From Camelus dromedarius (lineage: Eukaryota): a stretch of DNA of 64,000 nt. Each line of letters starts with the position of its first letter. The first letter of the stretch is position 1. Where the stretch lies: the NCBI RefSeq assembly GCF_036321535.1, contig NC_087437.1, positions 109,430,001 to 109,494,000 on the forward strand. Direction: 5' to 3'. The notes beneath the pieces are model-generated. The model had not been told where the DNA came from, did no database searches, and was given only the letters and a program-made list of their open reading frames with translations. The position numbers and the translations under genes were made by a program. Positions 50,559 through 61,160 of this stretch are shown here, one piece after another.

Positions 50559-51360
50559 GTCTGATAGAAGGACTTAAATTGTAACTCCTTATGTCTCAAA
50601 AGACATCATATTCAAAGTATAAGTAAAAGAATGAATTGCTCATAATATAAACTTAAATAATAATTTCTGAAGTCTTCTATGTGATACCAACAGATTTGAG
50701 GTTAGAGATATTCTTATGAGAACTCATGCCTTCATTTCAAGGACAAGTCAAGTCGACTTTTCCCAAAACCATGCTATCGTGCTAAAGTGATTGAGCTAGA
50801 TCATGGAGCTAAAGAATTACCCCTTTTGATAAACCTTTGCATGTTTCAAACTCATATTCAATAAAGAAAACATTGGTGATACTTTAAGGTTACTTAACTG
50901 GTTAACTATAATCAGGAAAGCCTGACTTAAGGAATGCTATGAGAATCAAGTTGAAGAGGTGTACCAAACTTCAACTTTTGAAACCCTTACATGGAGGGCT
51001 TGAAGTTGCTATATCAATTATGAAAATGCCACACATTTTAAAGCAAATTTTATTTTGGACTCAAGGTCTAGGTGAAAATTATTTTTTGCAGCTTTATAGA
51101 ATATTGGAACCCAATGGAAATAGAGATTAATGGGCAATGGGGGTTTTAAGAATAAAATATATATATATATATATAATATTTTATAATGCCCAAATCATGA
51201 TGTATCAATGAGTTACAGTGAGTTGCCAAAGTGTGAAAAGATTTTTAGGTGATTGAATATTCATGAAACTGCACTTACAGGAAAGCTCTTATAAACTTGT
51301 ATTTGGTACAATGTTCAGCCACCACAGTCAAGAGGGTTGAACCCTGGGGGCTTTCATGAA

Positions 51361-51671
51361 TCCTATAATATATATAATATAAATATATATATATATTTTG
51401 AAGCACAGTCAGTTTACAATGTTGTGTCAATTTTTGGTGTATAGCATAAAGCTTCAGTCATACATGAACACATATATATTTATTTTCATATTCTTTTTCA
51501 CCATAAGTTACTATAAGATTTTGACTATAGTTCCCTGTGCTATACGGGATGAACTTGTTGTTGATCTATTTTATATATAGTAGTTAGTATCTGCAAATCT
51601 CGAGCTCCTAATTTATCCCTTCCCGCCCTATTCCCCCCTGGTAACCATAAGTTTGTTCCTATTATCTTTTA
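51361..51671 (-). mobile_element. Camelid L1 3'UTR, 5'-truncated, tail decayed to (AT)n
   Basis: ttgaagcacagtcagtttacaatgttgtgtcaat...ctggtaaccataagtttgtt; TSD tcctataat (51361-) vs tcctattatcttttt (51657-51671) followed by AA, the L1 endonuclease TTTT/AA site. Confidence 0.9.
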
Positions 51672-51832
51672 ATTAACATGTGTTATAAATGCTGTAAATG
51701 ACTCGAGTGATCAGATCAGCTTACAAAGGCTTGTATGGGTCCACCAACTGGCAATCAGGGAAAGGGGGACATGTAGGAAAAAAAGACTTGGACTGTGTGT
51801 GTGCAAGGGAGTGAGGGGAAGGGAAATAATCC

Positions 51833-52240
51833 TGTTTCAGTTTATTGCTGTTCAAACAAACACGTCAAAACTTAGCGTTTTAAAGGAAAAACTATTTCAT
51901 TCTCTCACTAATTCTAATTTGGGCTGAGTTCAGTTGGATGGTTCCTCTGTTGGTGTTGCCAGTGGTCACTCGTGTAGTTGTGTTTAGCTGATGAGTGGGT
52001 TGGGGGCTTGAATCAGCTGGGACTTTGAGATTATTAAACCTGTCTCTTTCATGGTGGGCTGGGGCTTTTAAAAAAGCAAAAGCAGACACCGTCAGGCTGT
52101 CTTAAATTGTAGCTCTGGAATTGGCAGTGTCTCTTCTGCTGCCTCCCTTTGATTCAAATGAGTCAAGGATTCATTATACAAGGGCATGATTACCAGGAGG
52201 TGTGGTGCATCGGAGATCCCCAACGTAACAGTCTGCCACA
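51833..52240 (-). mobile_element. MaLR solo LTR, MLT1F-J-like
   Basis: tgtttcagtttattgctg...aaaacttagcgttttaaa...acaagggcatgattaccaggaggtgtgg...ctgccaca; TG...CA termini. Confidence 0.8.
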
Positions 52241-52469
52241 AGCCTTGGTCTTTTATACCTGAGAACCTTAGTAAGTGATTTGGGTATAGGTGAGCCTGTG
52301 CTTTAGGTGGATTTAAATATTGCTAAATTAACATTATAAATAAGTTGATATTGAGCATTTTTCTCAGGTGCCTATTGATCATTTGTATTTCTTCCTTGGA
52401 GAATTGCTTGTTTGGGTCTTTTGCCCATTTTATTTTCCTAGAAGCCCTGACATTATCTGAAAGTTTATA

Positions 52470-52800
52470 AATGGCAGGGATAGAGCAAAGTACTTTACAT
52501 AATTTTTTATTTTTAAAAATACTTTTCTTTTAAAATTATTATTATTTATTTTTATTATTTTTAAATTTATTTGGGGGGGCAGGAGGTAATTAGGTTTATT
52601 TATTTATTTTTTTCATAGAGGTACTGGGGATCGAACCCAGGACCTTGTGCATGCATTCTACCACTGAGCTATACCCTCCCCCCTAATTTCTTTATTCTTA
52701 TACCACATTATAAGATAGATTTTTATTATTAGCCCCACTTTATAGATGAGGAAAGGTCACACAGCAAAGCCACTATTTAAACCTAACCAGTATTACTCCA
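52470..52800 (-). mobile_element. MIR SINE interrupted by a camelid SINE
   Basis: gcaaagtactttacataat [SINE] ttcttataccac...ccccactttatagatgaggaaaggtcacacagc. Confidence 0.7.
52535..52681 (-). mobile_element. Camelid tRNA-derived SINE (Vic-1 type), long-tail form
   Basis: Minus strand reads ggggagggtatagctcagtggtagaatgcatgcacaaggtcctgggttcgatccccagtacctc...taaataaacctaattacctcc; intact A and B boxes. Confidence 0.92.
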
Positions 52801-54049
52801 AATCAAACATTTAAGCAAATTCTCCCTGCTGTAATCTAGTCTTTGAAGTCTGGTTTCCAAAATTCCAAAGTCTATCATCATGAAGATGATTGATTCTCTT
52901 TTTTTAGGCTTAGATCAAACCGATTTCCAATGTGGCTTAATTTCAGAAGGAAGAGACTCCTAAATTAAACTCCATTGCTGTGTAAGTTTCATAGAAAGTC
53001 GTTTCCTAGGTGAGAAAAGGCACAAGTTGGTAGATATCTCACCACACGTTGCAATGAACTCACTGAGACTCTGATAAGAGATATACCTGGTCACTCACTA
53101 ATTTTAAGAGGAACCATTTCTGGACCATCATATGGTGATATATTATCCATATACTGTCCTCCTCAAATCCTTCTTGAAGTGTAAGCAAAGTACCTTGGCC
53201 AACTTGTACCCTCTTTATAACACAGATCATGGCGAGATGTAATCTTATTTCATGTATCTCTACCAATGGAGGTAAGATTTACAGTGAGACTGTGTTAGAC
53301 TCTTTCTTTTTCTTTTTTGAACCTCCAACATTGAACACTGTGCAGGAACCAAGCAGGCACTCCATCAACATTTGTTGAATGAATGTTGGTGGTGACGAAT
53401 ACCTACATATTTTTCTATCTGTGTTAGCAAGCAGTGCCACTGAATGTCATTTCACTCATTCTAAATGATTGATTCTGCCACCCAAGCAGAAACACAATGA
53501 GCTAATGCAGATGAATTTAAGAAGCCTTTGAGGACCTCTCTGCCATGAAATGTTGCCTGATAGAACTCAATACTGCACACTGTCAGATATGAATTATTCA
53601 CTGCCTCTTCACTCCTATATCATTATACCTTTCATTCTGCTGTGTCCGCACAGATAGGATTGATTCACACATCATACCCTGTAACATTTATAATCAGAAA
53701 GACTGGAAACATTTTCACAGGGAAGAAAAACATGTACGAATACACTTAGGCTAACCACTCTGGTAATTGGCTCTCCAGTTTCCAACTGAGCAAGAGAAGT
53801 GCTGGAAAAAAAGAAAGTGTGTTGATTTTTGTTAAAATATTCATTGTTTAAGAAGTAATTCCAAAATAGAAACAGCTATTTTCAAACAGCTTAAGAACTA
53901 TGAATCAATTGTGAAATCTTATACCACATGTTCCAAAGTAGGGTATTTTGCTGGCAATCATTGAAAAGCACTGGCCTGGAAAATCTACATGTAGAACCAT
54001 TCCAACTATGGAAATGTATGAATTAAGAACATTGTTTGGAATTAATTAC

Positions 54050-54090
54050 TGTGTGTGTGTGTGTGTGTGTCTGTGTGTGTGTGTGTGTGT
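54050..54090. repeat. Interrupted (TG)~20 microsatellite
   Basis: Read directly; one TC interruption. Confidence 0.95.
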
Positions 54091-55059
54091 TTAGTCTTTC
54101 CCGTGGGAAACCATGACAGCTGAATTAGAAACATACATACATACACACATACAAACACATACATGTGTACACAAAGCAAAGGAAAGCATATCAAATCAGA
54201 AATGAAAAAATGTAGACCCAGTCTATCTTTTCTTTTAATTTCCTTTTTTGTTTCTATAAATAAATAACTATTTATTGAGGAACTACTATGTGCCATACAT
54301 ATTTCAAGGTGCTGGAAATAGAACAGTGAAAAAGTTAGATACATTGCTTGCTTCATGAAGCTTAGAGTCCCTCTGACCACAGCCTGTACTTTGCCTTGTA
54401 TTTCCATATAATTTATTTTTGTAGAGTTCTAGAAAGTGCTACACATAATAATTGCAAAACAGATATGCATTGAATGAATACAAAGAAGTCAGGAAAACTT
54501 AATGTTGTAATAATGTAATAATTTCAGTTTTTAAAATTTAGATGTTAACAAGTTTGTAAATGCTAATAGAAACATGATTATTTACGCTGTTGTATGATGT
54601 GTGCTATGATCTCAGAAATTTCAGTAAGAATACAAAAGTAAGAATGCAAGGTAAATAATGCAACAGAGGTGCAAAGATACTTGTGATATTAATTTGCAGC
54701 TAAATCACAAACAGAATCGTATACATTTAGTTGGGAGGGGATATGTTATAACATAAGCCGAAAAGGGAGCTCCCACAGATCTGTCTACATGGGCATTAAA
54801 AAAATGTATATGTGCTAATGGTGAAAATCTGCTCCTTTAATGTGTGCACTGTAATATTCTATTACTGCAATTTGTTACAAAATATAAATACAGTGGGTAC
54901 TGAAGTGGTTATAGATTTCACTGAAAGACACAGTATTTGCCAGAGGCAAATATTTTGTGCTTACCCCATGTAAGTGAGGCATGAGATACAAGCGGAAGTG
55001 CTGGCTGACGACCTGGTGCTACCTGTTCTGGCTCCTCTGCATCTGCAATAGCCTTTACA

Positions 55060-55520
55060 TCCCACCATCTCGTCCCTGCAGCCCCATCAGACATCTTTCA
55101 GTCCCCTGAATGCTCTATGCACCTGCCCACCACAGGGCCCTTGCAAATGCTATGCCCCCTTGCAGAAATGTTCCTTTCTATTCTCCCACTCTGCTCCAAC
55201 CAGCTAACTCCCAATCTCCTTCAGATCTCATATCACACACTGTTGCCACTGGTACCCATTTTTTCACTGGGTTGATGATGGAGAATCTCCAGTATATACC
55301 CTCAAAGCACCATGAACTTCCCCATGGCATTCATGGCAGCCCTAACTGTATATACATAAACACTGTTATGTATAATATTCATTATATGTACAATTATACA
55401 TGCACATATATAATTTTATCTGCATGCTAATATATGTTTCTCCCACTATACAGGGTTTACTGCAGCTCTATCACATAGTAGGGGCTTAATACATGTCTAA
55501 TGAATAAATAAATGAGTGGA
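55060..55520 (+). mobile_element. L2 3' region
   Basis: cacagggcccttgcaaatgctatgccccct...cacatagtaggggcttaatacatgtctaatgaataaataaatgagtgg. Confidence 0.75.
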
Positions 55521-55909
55521 TGGGGGGAAGCATCAAGAAAATTAAATAGCCCTATCATAAATTTTGAGAACCAAACACTTTTGCAGTTTTGATAATTTTT
55601 ATAATAATGACTTGATCATTTTTGCAACCCTGGGTTAGGCAACTATATTAACTTCTACCAAAGTCTAATCAGGTATTCAGAAGAAAATTTATATTTTTTT
55701 GGAAATGATGTAACAGAAGTGACAATATTCTTTAAAAAAATTGCAGCACAATCCACTACTGCTACCGATGATCAATAAAAAATAGCAACTGGAGGAATTG
55801 AGGTAGACTTGCTCTCTTCACCCCCCACTTTGTTCTTCACTCCTTGGTTAACCCCTGTGTTTACTTGGCCCTTCACCTTCCACTTGACCTTGCAAGAGTG
55901 GTAAAGATC

Positions 55910-56120
55910 ATGAGCTGAGGGCTGTGACAGACCTGGGTTTGAATGATGATTCTACCAGTATAGCCTACTCTGTAACTTCTCTGCCTCTCAGCATCCTAAT
56001 ATATAAAATAAGAATAAATATCCTGCTTCATGGTTTTTCTGAATGTTTAATAAGGTAATGTATGCAAATTGCCTAGCATGTTCTTGGCACTGGCTAGGAT
56101 TCAATAAATAGTAGTGAGGG
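55910..56120 (+). mobile_element. MIR SINE
   Basis: cagacctgggtttgaat...taacttctctgcctctcagcatcc...ggcactggctaggattcaataaatagtag. Confidence 0.75.
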
Positions 56121-57513
56121 TTTGTTTTTTGTATTATTATTTTTACACTTGTCTTAATTTCTGCTCTTCTCACCTTGATTACAGGTTTGGATTTTCTGAT
56201 GTTCAGTTTTCCTGTGGGCATAGTGTTTCTAAGCCCTTTCTGATCACAGATGCTCCAGGTAATGTGTTATGCGTGCTGGCACACTCTGTTTAGGATTGCT
56301 TGGGGCCTCACTTAATGTAATTTCTCTTTCTTTCTTCACCTTGCTTTTAGCACATGCTACTGTAGCTGTATTTTGTGTATCTTTGTAAGCTGCCTGCAAG
56401 TCTTTCTGACTTAGGGCGGGCACTTGCCCAAACTACTCACCTATAACGCCTGGACGCTCATTCAGCACACCTGCTGATTGCTGTGGTTCCCTACCCAGCG
56501 CAGGTGAGAGAGGAGCAAAGTGCCAGACTCCCTTTAGGAGATGCTGGCTGTGGCCAACATCGTGACACACCAGGCCTTCCTTCTTCACCTCTGGTCTTTT
56601 CTCTTTGTTTCCTACATGCTTTCATACTGCTCTGGGACTGTCCATCAGATCCAAGCCTCTAATTCATCAAGACCTTGTTGAGAACACAATTATGTTTCAA
56701 GAGTTCTCCGGAGCCTCTGAATCTTATAATCAGAAAACTGGATGAGGATAATGCACCTCTCCAAATAACTGATCATTGGATGAGGACATTTTGGCGTACA
56801 AAAACAACCAGGGCAGAGAGCAATTTTAGGAGTTAGGGCCTCTTAGGAATTTTGAAACTACACTTTATATTTCATAAATACGTTCGGGCCTGGACCCTTA
56901 AACACAGGTAGTGGTCCTTAGCCCGAGGAATGCATCATTAAGCCTTCATAAGTCATGTTTCACAATGGCTTGAAGTGGGAGAATGATTATTTCCTTTCTT
57001 TTTATTTCTTAACTTGTTTTGTCATCATGTCTACAAAGCTCAATCCAGAGCTAGCAATTACCTAATGATTAGGGTCTTATTTGCTTGTACAATTCTGGCT
57101 CAATAACCTGTTCCTCAACAGTAGATACATTTTCTCCAAACCACACGAATGTTCTTTCCTGCCCCACTCCATGGCAGCAGGCACACTTGATCAAAGAGAG
57201 CTGTGGGAGAGACTGTTCCCGTTGAAAGCAATAGCGTGCTGCCCCCTTCATAACCCTGGCAGGCTGCTGCCCACTGTTCTATGATCATGCACATTCATTT
57301 CAGCCAGTCAACACATTGCCCTTTGCAGAGTAGAGAGTATAATTTCTTAGAAATAAAAGAAGGATGCAGAAATCAACCAGCAGGAAATCGAACTGAAGCA
57401 CTGGAAAATTTAAGAGAAAATTGCATTATTTCTTCATTTTTAATACAATGAAAGAGCCGATCATGAGAAATCACATTCTTTGGGGGCCAAGTAGGAAAAA
57501 GATGGCTGTATAC

Positions 57514-57721
57514 AAAAAGTACTAAGTCAGAATTGATGGCAGTGGTCCCTGTATAAATTTAAACTTATGGGATTGCATTATACCCCTTGAGATTAGTTTT
57601 GCTGTTTAAGGGATTTTCGCTGAAACAAGTATGATTAATGTATAATGCCTCCTATTAAGAAATTGGAATGTGTACATTAAAAGAACTATAAATTACACTT
57701 TAAAAAAGGTACTAAGTCAGA
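57514..57721 (+). pseudogene. Short TSD-flanked retroposed insert, probable 5'-truncated mRNA 3'-end retrocopy; source gene unknown
   Basis: 18-bp direct repeats aaaaagtactaagtcaga (57514-57531) and aaaaggtactaagtcaga (57704-57721); ATTAAA at 57676-57681 lies 20 nt before a short A run. Confidence 0.6.
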
Positions 57722-58319
57722 TTATCAATCTCTAGAAATGATGATAACATTTGGAGACAGACATGTGTCCCCTGGTTTATTTGCAGACGTTAATTTTAGG
57801 TTGTTTTTACGTAGTATGGCTTCTTTTTTTTTTCCCCCTTAACCAATTTAATGTACTTTATGAAAAATCCCTAGGTATGGGGAAAGAGTTATGATGATAA
57901 CTATAGTAAGACACATATTAAACTATAAAGCCTCTGCTGGATTCAGATTCAAAATAAGATCTGCTCTGATTTGCCACAGTTTCATATGAATCATACACTT
58001 ATAAACATGAACATCTAATATGTGTATGTAAATAGCTAAAAAATACACACAAATCTATGTCTATATCTATATAGAGATCTTTACGTAGATACTAGCAGAC
58101 ACTCACATATCTCATAAAATGAGCAATCAGGTAAATGTTATGCTAAACTCCCAGTCGTGCGTTCATACACTTTTCTTCTGCTAAAAGAAAGCAATCATTT
58201 TATTGGTAATGCAGAAGACATGAAGCTCAATTGTCTTCTTTGGAGATTCACCTGGGGGCGTTTGAGAGGTAGGGCAATAGAAGATAACCTTCGTATAATT
58301 TTGTTTCAAGGAGCCCAGA

Positions 58320-58775
58320 ATACTTTACTTTCAAACCACCCATGGTTTTAGAGATAAAGTCCAAACTCTCCTCTTAGACATAAGGTTCTTCATGATCCAG
58401 CACCTGTTTCCTCTCTAGCCATTTTGGCAAACGTGGATGGTTTGCTCTAAGCACATGCCAAAACCTGCAATCTTCAAAACCTCAAATGCTATTTCGTAGT
58501 TTCCCCACATGTTTTTATGCATGAGACACTCTTTCTCCAATTTTTTTTATAGCGAACTTGGAACTGTGATTCAGAATTAATCTTCTGATTTTAGTAGCCC
58601 TCACATGCACATTTCTTACCCTTTCTGATATCTTTCTCCCTTACTGGAAGAAGAGTTTCTGCCGTTCTGGGGCTTGGTCTGCAATGACCTTGTCTTTCTG
58701 TGTCTGGCCCAGGCCTGGCCCATAGAAAAGGCTCAAAAAGTGTTTGTGGAGTGAAGGAGTAAGTGAGTGGTTGAC
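58320..58775 (+). mobile_element. L2 3' region
   Basis: gataaagtccaaactctcctc...aaggttcttcatgatccagcacctg...cccaggcctggcccatagaaaaggctcaaaaagtgtttgtggagtgaagg. Confidence 0.7.
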
Positions 58776-59969
58776 AGTGAACTTCCCATCCTCCCTCCCA
58801 CTAGCCAACAGCGCTTTTAACATCTGATGTTTGTTAACAAAGATATATCCAAGGAAAAGTAAATTCTAGGTATGTATACCTTATTATGAATAAAGAAATA
58901 AATATGTAATTGTATTTAGTTAAGAGTCACAGAAGGAAGGATTACGAGAAGTTGGAGAGACTGAAGGCCAGGGCAGCCAAGCTACCACCGAATTGGGAAA
59001 GTGGCAGCACGGGGAGGTCTGGGAAGACAGAGACAACCTTCCTGCGTGTTGCTGCTTCCTTCTAACTCAGCCTTACTCCCGGACATGTATTTCATATTTA
59101 AATCTAAGTATTTCAGAATGCATGAGGAATAAGCAAAAAGAAAACCAACTTGTTTTCAATTTTAAGTCAAACTTAAAAGCAGACTCACTGTGATGATAAG
59201 ACTTAGAACAGCAAAAGCTATGGTTTAGTGAACAGTTCAACTGCTCCACATCAGCTGTAACTGAAGGAAAAAGTAATAGCTTTATGCAACATGGCTCCCC
59301 GTGCCCTGAGTATGGGAAAGAACCCCAATATTCTACACTTTGCTCCAAGGATCCTCGTGTTTCTGACCAAGTTAAATCTAATGTCCAGTATTTTAAATAG
59401 GGAGGCCAGATTAAACACTTCAGAAAGGGAATGGGTTTGATCACATACAATTCGATTCTAGAAAGGCTGGTGATTCAAAAGATAAAAAGCAAAATTTTGT
59501 CTGTATGTTCCTAAATGATCGCAATGAAGAAGAAAAGGGAAACTGTTTAAAGTAACAAGTGTGTTAGCAAGAGACCCATTCAAAGAGCTCGAACTTTAAG
59601 AGCTCATCCTTGGCATAATAGGAAAAGAGGAACCACATGATTCAAGGGTGAGTATAGGTTTATAGAGGCCCATGGGAGGGGTAAAGTCAAGGAGAACTTC
59701 TAACCACTGGAGGTTGTGGAAACTGAGTCAGACAACCAAAAGGTTAGTTTTGTGTTTCAAAGTCTGAGGGGTACCAACACACCCTGAAGAACTCGGTGGT
59801 GGTACAATGAACATGGATTCCTCAATAGTCATTTAGCTTCTCTTTTGTTTGTATTAAAAAACAACATCAAAGGTTTATTCATAAGTGGGACCTGAAATCC
59901 AAAATGAGTTCAGAAATTATAAGTGGACCCTCTCCCCCAACATGCCCAGACACCCTTCCACTGCTCTCA

Positions 59970-61160
59970 GGAAGTCCCAGCTCTGAGCTTAAGTGGGTTA
60001 AGTTAGAAACTTAAGAATTACTAGAACATTAGAGAAATCACGCCAAGTACAGGAGGTACCAGAAGGCTGGTGAAGGGCAAATTGCTCTCTGGTTTTCATC
60101 AAAATAATATGGATTTTACAAACCAAAGCCCTGAGTTTGACACTACTGATGGTAAATATTTTAAAACTGATTATTAAAGGAACTCCCTGTGATCTGTTAA
60201 GGTGAAATAATTATTACGAAGATCTAGTATGGCTTGCCTGAGAAAAAAACCGTGAAAATAAGACTCATCTCCTTTTTGTCAGAAAAGTGTAGATATTTAG
60301 TCAACAATATTTAGATTGTATAAAAGAGTCTGATGTAATTTTTCATTATAATTTAGACAAGATGGGTAAAAATGTGCTTAGACAAATCATTAAACAAGTT
60401 AAACTGCCAAACTTGAAGAGTATAAATTAGTGGAGCAATACCACATTCTAAGGAATTTTCTGGTTGTGGTTTGATTCAAGACTCTGTGAAGTTATTGAAA
60501 ATATTTGTAGAGCTTGCAGATATAACATGGGATTAAAGGATCCAGAGCCCCCAGATTTTGGTAGCCTATATTGGTGATCTATAACTGAATGTAATTTCGG
60601 TGATAACTGTGGATTGAAAAGGCAAGAAGACAACGGCAGAAGGGAAAAGATGAAATGTGTTGGCAGTGTTGCAAGCCTTAGGGGTTTGAGTAGCCAGTAA
60701 ATTTAGTATAAATCACCAGTGAGATGTTATGGAAACAAGTGTGAAGACGCCCAGACCGGTACGTGGGAAAGGAGTCTCACTCAACTTCATTTGCTCGGAC
60801 CATATCTAGAATTATGTGATGCTCTGTGGGTCTTGCATTTCACACAGAATTTAGAGTAAATTTGTTGGACAGGCAACTAGGGTAGAACTCAACATCGTAC
60901 CTTAAAAGGAATGATTGATGCAACTGGGAGTATTTGGTATGAAGAAAACTAATCTCTTGTTGGCAGAACAGGCTATAATTGGCCTTACTTAATGTGAAAG
61001 ATTTTCATGTGAAAGAGAAGTTAAAATATTCTTACAATCCCAAAGCCTCAAATTTAGACAACTGGTGGAAACTTAAAAGAAGTTTCTGAACATTGCCAGG
61101 GAGTCCTTAAATGATGTGCCTGCTCTCCTTGGAAGTACAGGGTAGACTTCCAAATGATGT
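59970..61160 (+). mobile_element. L3/CR1 LINE ORF2 (RT to C-terminus) remnant, about 1.2 kb
   Basis: Collinear degraded CR1 motifs: VPEGW*RAN (VPEDWRRAN), LSLT...ILKLIIK (VSLT...ILEQIIK), ctcatctcctttttg (LISFF), gacaagatgg...tgtgcttagac (DKMEKCGLD), ttaggggttt (LGV), ggaccatatctagaattatgtg (RPHLEYC). Confidence 0.8.

Noticed and set aside
57631-57690. SECIS or H/ACA snoRNA interpretation of the hairpin in the orphan insert
   Set aside because: ATGA-to-AA spacing (9 nt) and AA-to-GA spacing (about 37 nt) do not fit SECIS; H and ACA box positions do not fit a two-hairpin snoRNA.
59073-59450. 125-aa minus-strand ORF
   Set aside because: Non-ATG start, no recognisable domain, ordinary composition for non-coding DNA.
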